Part shown: in pieces, positions 31,294 to 40,910 of the stretch
Numbering within the stretch: position 1 is the first letter of the stretch
Layout of the letters: each line of letters begins with the position of its first letter
Assembly (NCBI GenBank): GCA_965112635.1
Contig: OZ218778.1
Coordinates: 243,666-307,665, forward strand
DNA length: 64,000 nt
Direction of reading: 5' to 3'
Origin: an uncultured bacterium
Lineage (GTDB): Bacteria > Oederibacteriota > Oederibacteriia > Oederibacteriales > Oederibacteriaceae
Made by a program: the position numbers and the translations under genes
The notes under the pieces: generated by a model
What the model saw: only the letters and a program-made list of their open reading frames with translations
Databases searched by the model: none
Told to the model about the DNA's origin: nothing

Positions 31294-32661
31294 ATGAAAA
31301 AATTGTTATCTACCGTTCTATCTTTAGGATGCCTGCTGGCCGCACAGGCGTCCTCTGGCGCCCCCACCCTCAAACTATCCCTGGCCGAGATGGTCAAGCA
31401 GGCCATGCTCAACTCCAACCAGCTCACGGCAGCGGAACTGGACTGGCACGCGGCCCAGCGCCGCTCGGACCTGGCCGGTTCGGCCCTACTCCCCTATGTG
31501 GGCGCACAAGGTTCTTGGAGCCGCGTCTCCATCATCCCTTCCCTCAGCCTGTTCCCCAACCAGCCGCCAATGCAATTCGGGGACTATCAGAATTATAACT
31601 ATGGCCTGGCGGCCAGCTGGACGGTGTGGGACTGGCTGGGGACTTTTAACAGCGCCGAAAGCAACCGAGAAGCGGCCTGGGCCAAGGAACAGCAATGGCG
31701 GACCATGGTCCTGCAGACCGTGCTCACAGCCAGGCTGGCTTATTTCCAGGTCCAGGCCAATCTGGAACAGGTACGGTTGGCCTCGGACTCCCTCAAGCTC
31801 GCCCAGTCCCAGTACAGGGATGTGGATCTCCGTTACCACGCGGGCACGGCCAGTAAGATCGACGAACTCTCCGCTCACCAAGAGGTTCTGACCTGGCAAA
31901 GGCAGTTCCGCCAGGCCCAGGCTGACCTGGCCGGCTCCCTGCGCACCCTCTATAGCCTTACCGGCCTGGACCCCCAGGCTGACCTGAGCCTGCCCTACGA
32001 TAGCCGCCTGGCCGGTAATATGCCTGATAATATAGGGAATCCAACGGTTTTTGTGGCCCTGGATAACATCCAGGATTCGGCCAAAATCTTGGAGCCGGGC
32101 ACCCACGATCGTCCGGACAATACCCTTCCCCAGGTCCAGATCTACCAGGCGCTTTCTGATTCATTCAAAAAACTGGGGTGGAGCGCGGATGCGGCCTTCC
32201 TGCCCCGGTTCCAGGTGCAGGCCACAGCCGGTTACCAGTATCCCAACGGCCCGGTCCTAGAGACCATTCAGCAAAACACCGTGGCGGTGTCGGCTTCCAT
32301 GCCTCTTTGGGATTGGGGCAGGACCATCAACCAATCCGCGGAAGCCAGAGACCAGTCCCTTACCTATGAAAAACAGCGCGACCAGTCCTTGACCGACCTG
32401 GGCCGGAACTGGGACATGGCCCAGGACCAGCTTCAGGGTCTGCTGGACCAGCAAAAGCTCAACAACCAGTACGTATCCGAGGCCGAGCAGTTGGCTAAAC
32501 TCGTTTACCAGTCCTACCAGTCCGGCCGTTCCAGTTTCTTGGATGTCCAGTCCGCCAACTTGCGGGAAATGGAAGCTAAGGTCCAGTCCGTCCGGACCGA
32601 CATACAGGTCTTGATACAGATGGCGACCCTATCTGCTCTATCCAAAGGAGGTTCCTTATGA
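31294..32661 (+). CDS. TolC-family outer-membrane efflux protein
   Basis: signal peptide, 455 aa, outer-membrane-factor-like repeat structure. Confidence 0.8.
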   Translation: MKKLLSTVLSLGCLLAAQASSGAPTLKLSLAEMVKQAMLNSNQLTAAELDWHAAQRRSDLAGSALLPYVGAQGSWSRVSIIPSLSLFPNQPPMQFGDYQNYNYGLAASWTVWDWLGTFNSAESNREAAWAKEQQWRTMVLQTVLTARLAYFQVQANLEQVRLASDSLKLAQSQYRDVDLRYHAGTASKIDELSAHQEVLTWQRQFRQAQADLAGSLRTLYSLTGLDPQADLSLPYDSRLAGNMPDNIGNPTVFVALDNIQDSAKILEPGTHDRPDNTLPQVQIYQALSDSFKKLGWSADAAFLPRFQVQATAGYQYPNGPVLETIQQNTVAVSASMPLWDWGRTINQSAEARDQSLTYEKQRDQSLTDLGRNWDMAQDQLQGLLDQQKLNNQYVSEAEQLAKLVYQSYQSGRSSFLDVQSANLREMEAKVQSVRTDIQVLIQMATLSALSKGGSL

Positions 32662-33386
32662 AGAAAAGAATTCCGATCATCCTGGCGGTCATTTTGCTGG
32701 TGATCGCGGCCATCATCGTCTGGCAGGTTTGGCTCAAAGGGCCGTTCCGCTACGCCGGCACGGTCGAGGCCACCGAGGTGGACATCCCTTCCCGCCTGGG
32801 TACGGTCATCACTTCTTATGAGGTCAAGGAAGGCGACAAGGTCGCCAAAAGCCAGCTTATGGTGGTCTTGTCCGGGGACGAGGTCAAAGTGGACAGCGAC
32901 GAGGCCGCAGACGACTACCACCGAGCCATTTCTCTTTACCAGAGCGGTTCCATGGCCAAGGAGGCTTTTAACCATATTAAATCCCGCTGGGAGACGAGCT
33001 CGCTGCGGGTCTCCTGGTGCAATGTCAAAGCGCCTCTGGCCGCCACGGTCCTGACCAAATACCACGAACCCGGTGAATGGGTCAACCCGGGTACCAAGCT
33101 TCTGACCCTGGGAGACCTGTCCGAGGTCTGGGCCTACGTGTATGTGCCCGAGACCAAGCTCGCTTCCCTCAAATTGAACGGGGAGATCCGGGGCTGGCTG
33201 GCCGACACGCACCAGTACTTCCAGGGCAGGATCAGCAAGATCAACGACGAAGCAGAATTTACCCCAAAAAATGTGCAAACCCAGGCTGAACGTACCCGTC
33301 TGGTCTATGGGGTCAAATGCGTTTTCCCCAATCCCGACGAAATCCTCAAGCCCGGCATGACCATTGAGGTAGAGTTTCCCAAATAA
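32658..33386 (+). CDS. HlyD-family periplasmic adaptor (membrane fusion protein)
   Basis: N-terminal TM then adaptor-like domain; overlaps TolC stop. Confidence 0.8.
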   Translation: MKKRIPIILAVILLVIAAIIVWQVWLKGPFRYAGTVEATEVDIPSRLGTVITSYEVKEGDKVAKSQLMVVLSGDEVKVDSDEAADDYHRAISLYQSGSMAKEAFNHIKSRWETSSLRVSWCNVKAPLAATVLTKYHEPGEWVNPGTKLLTLGDLSEVWAYVYVPETKLASLKLNGEIRGWLADTHQYFQGRISKINDEAEFTPKNVQTQAERTRLVYGVKCVFPNPDEILKPGMTIEVEFPK

Positions 33387-33448
33387 CGGTTGGCCCTATT
33401 GTTCCTGGCCGGTTTTCCAAGCCTATAGGTCGGAAATCAGGTGGAAAA

Positions 33449-34204
33449 ATGACGGAAAAAACCCATGTTTCCTTTGAAATCAAAGGGGTTTATAAAAAAA
33501 TGGGCCTCAACCAGGCCCTGGACGGAATCACCACGCTTTTTGACGCCTCCACCCTGCACGGCCTTATCGGCCCGGATGGGGCCGGTAAAACCACTCTCCT
33601 GCGCTGCCTCATCGGCCTGCTGAAACCCAATAGCGGGGAGATCCTTTACTTCCAGGAGCAAAGCCAGGTCCCCTTTTCTAACGTCAGGGACGGCCTGGCC
33701 TACATGCCCCAGCAGCAAAGCCTGTACCCGGACCTTTCCATTGACGAACATTTGGAATTTTTCCGAGACCTCTACCAGATCCCGCCGGAAATTTACTCAC
33801 AGCGTCGCGATGAACTCCTCCAGTTGGCTCGTTTGGCCCAGTTCAAGGACCGTCCGGCCGGACAGCTCTCCGGCGGCATGTATAAAAAGCTCGGTCTCAT
33901 GTGCGCCCTGCTCCGCTCCCCCTCGGCCGTACTGCTGGACGAGCCCACCAACGGCGTGGACCCCATCAGCCGCCGGGAGTTTTGGGATATGCTCTACCGT
34001 CTGGTGGGACAGGGTGTCCTGGTCCTCATTTCCACGGCCTACATGGACGAGGCCGAACGCTGCGGCAAGGTCCATATCCTGTCACATGGGAAACTTTTGA
34101 CCAGCGGTGAGCCTGAAAATGTCCTTACCGCGGAAAAGGTCCGCAACTTCGAGGAGCTTTTTATGAAATATGACCGGCTTGAGACAGCTTTAAAGGAGAG
34201 ATGA
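33449..34204 (+). CDS. ABC transporter ATP-binding protein
   Basis: Walker A GPDGAGKTT, signature LSGGMYKK, Walker B LLDEPT. Confidence 0.85.
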   Translation: MTEKTHVSFEIKGVYKKMGLNQALDGITTLFDASTLHGLIGPDGAGKTTLLRCLIGLLKPNSGEILYFQEQSQVPFSNVRDGLAYMPQQQSLYPDLSIDEHLEFFRDLYQIPPEIYSQRRDELLQLARLAQFKDRPAGQLSGGMYKKLGLMCALLRSPSAVLLDEPTNGVDPISRREFWDMLYRLVGQGVLVLISTAYMDEAERCGKVHILSHGKLLTSGEPENVLTAEKVRNFEELFMKYDRLETALKER

Positions 34205-35140
34205 ACATGTCTAGCGTCTTGAACACTCCCAGCGTTGAGGTCAACGGCCTTACGGTCAAATTCGGTAAATTCACGGCTGTGGACAACATCTCCTTCAGGG
34301 TCGCCCAGGGAGAGATTTTTGGGTTTTTGGGGGCTAACGGCGCCGGCAAGACCACGACCATCCGTGTCTTGTGCGGACTCCTCATGCCCACCAGCGGTAG
34401 CGTGTCCGTGGCCGGCCTGGAGGTCAAGCAAAGCCTGCAGGCAATCAAACAAAAGGTCGGCTACATGTCCCAAAAATTTACCCTGTACCAGGACATGACC
34501 GTGTGGAGAAAACCTGGCCTTTACCGCGGCCCTGCGCAAAATTCCCCAGGAAGTCTTTCAACAGCGTAAAAAAGAACTGCTGGAGTTCATTGGCTTCCAT
34601 GAGCCGGAAAAAACTTTTGTCAAAGACCTGGCCGGGGGCCTCAAACAGGAAGTGTCCCTGACCGCGGCCATGCTGCACGACCCTGAGATCGTGTTTTTGG
34701 ACGAACCCACAGCCGGGGTGACCCCGGCCAGCCGCCAGCGCTTTTGGGACCTCATCCGCCAACTCTCCGCCAAGGGCAAAACCGTTTTTGTGACCACCCA
34801 TTACATGGATGAAGCTGAAAACTGCGGCCGTATCGCTCTCATGCGGGCCGGCCAGATCATAGCCCTGGATACCCCGGAAAACCTTAAAAACACGCGTTTT
34901 CCTTATCCTCTTTATGAGATCACCCCCAAACCAGGGGCAGCCCCGGACTGGCTTGACCGTCTGCAAAAGGACAAGCGCCTGGATTTGTCACCTTACGGTC
35001 TGCGTTACCATTGCGCAGTCAAAGATAAAGCAGCTTGGCCGGAAATTTCCACATTTTTAAGCGAGCAAGCCGCTTCCCATCCTATCAAACCGTCCCTGGA
35101 GGATGTTTTTATCCAGCTTGTGGAAGGAGTGGACCGATGA
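34201..35140 (+). pseudogene. second ABC transporter ATP-binding protein, frame broken near 34507-34513
   Basis: Walker A GANGAGKTT in first ORF; Walker B VFLDEPT in ORF 34652-35140; removing one base at tgg-a-gaaaac restores TVWENLAFTAAL. Confidence 0.7.
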
Positions 35141-36258
35141 ACTCCTTTTTTGTCTGGACCAGAGCCTTGTCCATCGCCCGCAAGGAGACCCGGCATGTGC
35201 TGCGCGACCCCTTTACGCTGGGCCTGGCCTTGGGGTTACCCCTGGCCATGGTGGTGTTCTTCGGGCTGGCCATAGATTTTAACGCCAAGGACTTGAAACT
35301 CACCATCTATGACCGGGACCAGAGCCGGGCTTCTCGCCAAGTGGCGGATGCGTTCCAAAGTTCGGGCTATTTCCGGGTCAAGTACGGCAACCTCAACGTC
35401 AATCCCACCAATGACCTGGACGCGGAAAGGGCCAAGGCGGTTTTGATCATTGAACCGGAGTTCCAGCAAAACCTGGGAGCCGGCCGTCCTACCCGGGCCC
35501 AGCTGCTGGTGGACGGAGCGGACAATTCTACGGTCGGCATGATCCTGGGTTATGTGGCCGGTATCCAGCAGTCCGCTGCCGAAAAGTTCACCGGCCAAAA
35601 GGTCGTCCAGCCCATTACCCTCAAAACCCGTTTCCTTTTCAACCCCGAGCTCAACACCCAGTGGTTCATCGTCCCCGGCCTGGCCGCCACGGTCATGGCC
35701 ATCCTGGCCATTCTTTTGACCGCCCTGACCGTGGCCCGCGAATGGGAGAACGGCTCTATGGAACTGCTGCTGTCCACACCCGTTAAACCACTGGAGATCA
35801 TCGCCGGTAAAATTGCCCCCTACCTTGTCATCGGGCTTTTAGCCCAGGCCACGGTCTATGTGCTGGCCAGGGTGGGCTTTGGGGTGCCTTTTGAGGGCAG
35901 CCACATCCTGCTTTTGTTTGGCAGCCTCCTGTTCCTGGCCGCCTATTTTGCCCAGGGCATCCTGATTTCCGTGACCGCCCGCCAGCAGCAGATCGCTATG
36001 CAATTAGCCATGCTCACGGGTATGCTGCCGACCATGCTCTTGTCCGGGTTTGTCTTTCCCGTGGAAAGCATGCCTCCCTTCTTCCAATACCTCTCCATGA
36101 TCATGCCCGCCCGCTGGTATATGGAGATCCTGCGGAGCCTGTTCTTGCGAGGTGCTGATTTGGTCCAGCTGGCTATCCCTTTTGGAGCCCTGGCCTTGAT
36201 CAGCGTAATCATGGTCACGGCCGCCACCAAACGCTTCAAAACGGATGTGGAACCATGA
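35137..36258 (+). CDS. ABC-2 family transporter permease
   Basis: polytopic membrane protein; ATG 35137 overlaps upstream stop. Confidence 0.8.
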   Translation: MNSFFVWTRALSIARKETRHVLRDPFTLGLALGLPLAMVVFFGLAIDFNAKDLKLTIYDRDQSRASRQVADAFQSSGYFRVKYGNLNVNPTNDLDAERAKAVLIIEPEFQQNLGAGRPTRAQLLVDGADNSTVGMILGYVAGIQQSAAEKFTGQKVVQPITLKTRFLFNPELNTQWFIVPGLAATVMAILAILLTALTVAREWENGSMELLLSTPVKPLEIIAGKIAPYLVIGLLAQATVYVLARVGFGVPFEGSHILLLFGSLLFLAAYFAQGILISVTARQQQIAMQLAMLTGMLPTMLLSGFVFPVESMPPFFQYLSMIMPARWYMEILRSLFLRGADLVQLAIPFGALALISVIMVTAATKRFKTDVEP

Positions 36259-37367
36259 ACCAAACTGTCGTTGGATTCATCAAAAAAGAGCTTATCCAGG
36301 CCTTGCGTGACAACAGGATGCGGGTTCTTATTTTTATCGCGCCCCTGCTGCAGACCTGTATCTTTGGTTTGGCCATCCAAACCGAGATTAAAAATATCCA
36401 GCTTTCCGTCATGGCCTCACCCAGCGACCGCCTGATGAGCCGTATCGCGCAAAGAGCTTTTGCTTCCGGTTGGTTCATTCCGGCCGCCAGCCATGAGACC
36501 GACCCTTTTCGACAGGTCCAGTCCGGCCAGGCTGACGCCGTCCTCGTGGCCCCTAAGGAGGGCTTGGATGCTGCCGTGGAAAGGGGCCGGGGCCAGGTGC
36601 AATACCTGGTCAACGCCAGCAACGTCCTCAAAGCCAGCGCCATGGAGAACTATATGCAGGCCGCCATCCAGGAAGTCGTCCAGGACAGCGCTTCCAGCCT
36701 GCCCAGCGGGGCTGTACCCGCCATACCCCTCAATCTGGATATCCGCATCCTCTATAATCCCGAGCTGATATCCTCCGTTTTCATGGTGCCCAATGTCATT
36801 GTGTTCATCCTCTGCCTGGTTTCCATCGTCCTGACCGCCATGGCCCTGGCCCGGGAAAAGGAGATCGGCACCTTTGAGACCCTGCTGGCCTCGCCCGCCA
36901 AACCCTGGGAGATCATGATGGGTAAAACTATTCCCTTTATCATTATCGGGTTCATTGATGTGCCGCTGGTCATGTGTTTTGGGGTGTTCTTTTTCAGCGT
37001 GCCAGTGAGAGGCTCTATCCTTCTCTTGGGCCTATCCTCCGCCGTGTTCCTGTGCACCACGGTGTCGGTCGGTATCATGATCTCGACCCTGGCCAAAAAC
37101 CAACAGCAGGCTATGATGGGCAGTTTTATGTTCCTGTTCCCTGCCTTTATGCTTTCCGGCATCTTTTTCCCTGTGGAGAATATGCCGTCCTATTTAAGGT
37201 TCGTGGCCTACCTCAACCCCCTGAAATATTTCGTGGCTATTCTGCGCAACATTATGCTCCGGGGTGGGGACCTTTCGTTGGTGGCTTATAATCTAGGCGT
37301 GCTTATTTTAATGGGAACTCTTGCCGTGCTTTTCAGCTACAGGCGTTTTCATCAGACCTTGGACTAG
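36255..37367 (+). CDS. ABC-2 family transporter permease (second copy)
   Basis: 370-aa polytopic membrane protein; overlaps upstream stop. Confidence 0.8.
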   Translation: MNQTVVGFIKKELIQALRDNRMRVLIFIAPLLQTCIFGLAIQTEIKNIQLSVMASPSDRLMSRIAQRAFASGWFIPAASHETDPFRQVQSGQADAVLVAPKEGLDAAVERGRGQVQYLVNASNVLKASAMENYMQAAIQEVVQDSASSLPSGAVPAIPLNLDIRILYNPELISSVFMVPNVIVFILCLVSIVLTAMALAREKEIGTFETLLASPAKPWEIMMGKTIPFIIIGFIDVPLVMCFGVFFFSVPVRGSILLLGLSSAVFLCTTVSVGIMISTLAKNQQQAMMGSFMFLFPAFMLSGIFFPVENMPSYLRFVAYLNPLKYFVAILRNIMLRGGDLSLVAYNLGVLILMGTLAVLFSYRRFHQTLD

Positions 37368-37370
37368 ACA

Positions 37371-38393
37371 TCAGCGTGGGGGGCGCGCTTCCAGTTTTTT
37401 TTCCAGCCGCGTTTGCAGGATCACCCGCCGGCCTCCGCTAATCTTGAGGATCCGCTCCACCGTCATAGAGCGCGTTAGCGCAACATAGATCATCTGGTCG
37501 TCACGCAATCCCCGAAAGTAATGCTCAAAGTCGTCCGCCGCAGCGTCGTTGAGCTGCACACCCCGGAGGTTCTCCATTTTTCGCCAGCAGGGAATGTGCT
37601 GCGTGTGATAGCCGCAGAGGTGGATCGTACCGCCCTCGGGATAAACCCTTAGCACCTGCGCGTCCAAAGGCGCGACATGCTCCGCGTAGGCCTGGGGCCC
37701 TACCAGCTGGGTCGAGCAGCCGCAGATATGGCCGAACCCGTCCGGTGCGTAACGGTGCGAAGAGGCATAAAATCGGACTCGTTTTTGAGGAAAACGCTTA
37801 CGGATCAGCCGGTGCAGGGCCTCTATGGTGTCCGCGATCACGGCCAGGCCGGCCATATCCGCGGTTTCTACCAGGGAAAGCGCCATAAGCGCACGCTCGC
37901 CAAAGAGGTTTAGGGCAATATTGAGCGGTGAGGCAAATACAGGGGTCGTAAGAGAGATTCCCTTTGGCAGGCTGGACAGAGCCCGGCTCATAGCCTCCAG
38001 CGACCAGAGCACGAGTTCCGCGTGCTCTACGTCAACAGGTTTCAAACTCCCCAGTTCAGTTGGAAGCTGGTCAGCCCAAAAGTTCCCGTCCCGCTCGCTG
38101 ACATGGGCTCCAAAAAGCGCGTCCACAAAATGCACTCCCAATGGCCAGAACTCGGCTACCAGCGGACTGAACGTGATTGTGTCAGCTCCCAGGCTGGCGT
38201 TTTCCTCAAAGGAACGAATCATCGCCTTGAGCCACTCTGCAAAGGACTCCTCATCCGGCCGCAAATATTCCCTTTGAGGTATGTTGGCGATTGAAAGCAC
38301 TGACTCGCCCGGATGCCCGATATACAAATCCCTAAACGCCTTCACATGGGCTTCCTGGGCAATCTTAATCGCAGGATCACTAAGTTTCACCAT
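37371..38393 (-). CDS. hypothetical enzyme, possibly a third URO-D/MtaA-family paralog
   Basis: 340-aa ORF with Cys/His-containing C-terminal half (GHICGCSTQL, HLCGYHTQHIPC); family call is tentative. Confidence 0.45.
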   Translation of the reverse strand: MVKLSDPAIKIAQEAHVKAFRDLYIGHPGESVLSIANIPQREYLRPDEESFAEWLKAMIRSFEENASLGADTITFSPLVAEFWPLGVHFVDALFGAHVSERDGNFWADQLPTELGSLKPVDVEHAELVLWSLEAMSRALSSLPKGISLTTPVFASPLNIALNLFGERALMALSLVETADMAGLAVIADTIEALHRLIRKRFPQKRVRFYASSHRYAPDGFGHICGCSTQLVGPQAYAEHVAPLDAQVLRVYPEGGTIHLCGYHTQHIPCWRKMENLRGVQLNDAAADDFEHYFRGLRDDQMIYVALTRSMTVERILKISGGRRVILQTRLEKKLEARPPR

Positions 38394-38438
38394 TGGCTTC
38401 CTTTCCAGCCTAGCCCAAAATGTAATGTCATGGTGAGC

Positions 38439-38978
38439 TTAATCAAAGACGACATCCTCATTTTGCACATACCCGCGGTTCTGGACTTTAGCTTTGGTCC
38501 TGTTTCTTTTGACTTTTACTTTTTCCGTCACAGGCCCTGTCCCCTCAGGAACAGCCTGCTTTTCCCTGACCGTATTGGCCTTGAGGAATTTTTTGACGGC
38601 TCCGATGACCTCATCCTCATAACGCGGATGGCTCTCCAGGACCCACTCCGTGAACTGCCCCAGCTCTTCTGGGGACACTTTGAGCCACAGGCTGTTCTTG
38701 TCCAGCCAGGCCAGGAGCACGGCCAGGCTGACCTGCTTCTGGGCCTGTTTGCCGAACGGCGGCTCTTTGAGGAATCGGTAGAACAGGACCGCGCCTTTGT
38801 CCAAAGTGCCGGGATAGGGATTTTGGTCAATGAAATTCTCGAACGGCGCAGCCAGGTCTTTTTCCAGGATATTGGCTGGCCTGGGATCAGCTACCTCTGC
38901 CAGTCCCTTTTTGACCATCTCGCTGACCAGGTACTCCACTTCTGCCAGACCAAGCCGGGTCATCAGCGTCCGCTCCAT
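38439..38978 (-). CDS. hypothetical protein with basic C-terminal tail
   Basis: 179-aa ORF overlapping the upstream HTH gene by 16 nt; no recognised motifs. Confidence 0.4.
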   Translation of the reverse strand: MERTLMTRLGLAEVEYLVSEMVKKGLAEVADPRPANILEKDLAAPFENFIDQNPYPGTLDKGAVLFYRFLKEPPFGKQAQKQVSLAVLLAWLDKNSLWLKVSPEELGQFTEWVLESHPRYEDEVIGAVKKFLKANTVREKQAVPEGTGPVTEKVKVKRNRTKAKVQNRGYVQNEDVVFD

Positions 38979-39232
38979 TTCGACAATATGCCGCCAAAAT
39001 CACTGGATATCCGCTCCAGACAAGTATTGAGGCGCTGAATATCCTTTTCGCCCAATGTTTTGCCCAAAATACCGTCTATATGGTCGCTGGGAATCACATA
39101 ATTCCGGCCGATTTTCTCGCCTGTTATCAGGCCTTTTTTGACCTTTTGGAATACCGCTATCCTGCTGACTCCCAATAAATCAGCAACTTGTTTAATCGTT
39201 AAATATCGTTGTTTTTCAATCACTTTAACCAA
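38963..39232 (-). CDS. small helix-turn-helix DNA-binding protein (excisionase/MerR-like HTH)
   Basis: 89-aa ORF with HTH LTIKQVADLLGVSRIAVFQKVKKG. Confidence 0.6.
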   Translation of the reverse strand: MVKVIEKQRYLTIKQVADLLGVSRIAVFQKVKKGLITGEKIGRNYVIPSDHIDGILGKTLGEKDIQRLNTCLERISSDFGGILSKWSGR

Positions 39233-39456
39233 CCTATGTTAATAATATCTATCTAACTTAACAACAGTTAACTTACATAATATCTTAACATATCCATCAA
39301 AAAATGCAATATCGACAGGCTTATTTGATTTTACTCAGGAGTTGCATATCACAGGATTTCTTATAGCAATGGTTTTAGGTGAATTATCAAGTTTGGAAAG
39401 GAGTAATAGGGAATCCCTTTGGACATTTGTGCCGCAAACCTTGCAGTTTCTCTTCC

Positions 39457-40878
39457 CTATTTCCCCTGGTTTTTGGGGCCTCGGTGCTGGCTGTGGCTGA
39501 AACTATGACCTTGCCCCTGACCGTAGTGGCTCTGGGGCCTGTGGCTATCTCCGTGGTGGCCCTGGGGCCTGGAGTGGTGCGGATGGTGGGGATGGCCTCC
39601 TCCTAGATAGCCGGTAGGCGGTTTTTCATTATAGTCAAAGTCGGGCAGGAGCACGGCCGGCAGTTTTTTGTTCACCAGTTTCTCGATATCCCGAAGCATC
39701 AGGTTGTCCTGGGGTGTGACAAATATAAAAGCGTCGCCTTCGGTATCTTTGCGGGCGGTCCGGCCGATACGATGGATATAATCCTCGGCGGCCTGCGGCA
39801 CATCGTAGTTGATGACATGAGTGATGTCCGTGAAATCAATACCCCGGGCCGCAATATCGGTCGCGACCAGGACCCTGATATCGCCCTTTTTGAAACGATG
39901 GAGCACTTCCCGGCGGTGGGTCTGGCTCTTGTCGCCGTGGATGACCTCGGAATCCACCCCGTGCCGCCTGAGCTTTTGCACCAGGGAGTCCGCCGAATGC
40001 TTGCTCCGGACAAAGACCAGGACCGAGTAGAGCGCCTGCTGTTCCAGCAGTTTGATCAGGAGCTTGGTCTTGAGATGCCGCTCCACCGGGAACATGGCCT
40101 GGCGGATGCCGCTGGGCGGGGCCTCCCGGCCCACCCGCACGGTCACCGGGTCTTTGAGGACCACATGGGTCAGTTCTATGATCTCCTGCGGCATGGTGGC
40201 TGAGTAGAGCAGGGTCTGCCTTTTGGCCGGGACATAGCTCAGGATGCGCTTGATATCCGGCATGAATCCCATGTCCAGCATCCGGTCCGCCTCGTCCAGC
40301 ACCAAAACCTCCAGATTGTTGAACTTCGCGTACCCCCGGCGCAGGTGGTCCATAAGCCGGCCCGGTGTGGCCGCGATGATGTCAAAACCGGTGCGCAAGG
40401 CGTTCTCCTGGGCATCAAAACCCACCCCGCCGTAGACCGCCGCGCACCGAATCTTGGTGTGGTAACCTAAGGCCGTAGCCTGCTCATCTATCTGGGCAGC
40501 CAGCTCCCGGGTGGGCGTCAGGATGAGGACCCGGATGCCTGTCCCGCGGTTGTGCAGGATGCGGTGCATCAGGGGGATGAGGAACGCCGCGGTCTTGCCT
40601 GTGCCGGTCTGGGCCGTGGCGATGAGGTCATGGCCTTTTAAAACCTCAGGGATGGCCTGTTCCTGGACAGGCGTTGGTCGGGTATATCCCATATCTTTGA
40701 TGCCGCGGAGCAGGTCTGGATGCAGGTTAAATTTAGCGAAAATGGGCGTTTCCCCCTTTTCATAGATTAAATATCTCTCCAAGTATAGCCTTTTAATCTG
40801 CCTATAACTATCAAATATTGCGGAAGCGGCTGTCTTCTTTATTTGGTGCCGGATTGTTATAATTACTCCGCTGGTCAT
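39457..40878 (-). CDS. DEAD-box ATP-dependent RNA helicase with His/Gly/Gln-rich C-terminal tail
   Basis: Q-motif PTPVQ, Walker A AQTGTGKT, DEAD, SAT, HRIGRTAR; true start probably downstream of 40878. Confidence 0.85.
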   Translation of the reverse strand: MTSGVIITIRHQIKKTAASAIFDSYRQIKRLYLERYLIYEKGETPIFAKFNLHPDLLRGIKDMGYTRPTPVQEQAIPEVLKGHDLIATAQTGTGKTAAFLIPLMHRILHNRGTGIRVLILTPTRELAAQIDEQATALGYHTKIRCAAVYGGVGFDAQENALRTGFDIIAATPGRLMDHLRRGYAKFNNLEVLVLDEADRMLDMGFMPDIKRILSYVPAKRQTLLYSATMPQEIIELTHVVLKDPVTVRVGREAPPSGIRQAMFPVERHLKTKLLIKLLEQQALYSVLVFVRSKHSADSLVQKLRRHGVDSEVIHGDKSQTHRREVLHRFKKGDIRVLVATDIAARGIDFTDITHVINYDVPQAAEDYIHRIGRTARKDTEGDAFIFVTPQDNLMLRDIEKLVNKKLPAVLLPDFDYNEKPPTGYLGGGHPHHPHHSRPQGHHGDSHRPQSHYGQGQGHSFSHSQHRGPKNQGK

Positions 40879-40910
40879 TTCAAACTAGAACAGAAAGGCA
40901 GGCAAAAAAT

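Noticed and set aside
39379-39606. 75-aa plus-strand ORF
   Set aside because: Antisense to the His-rich tail of the DEAD-box helicase; hydrophobic repeats mirror the coding repeats.
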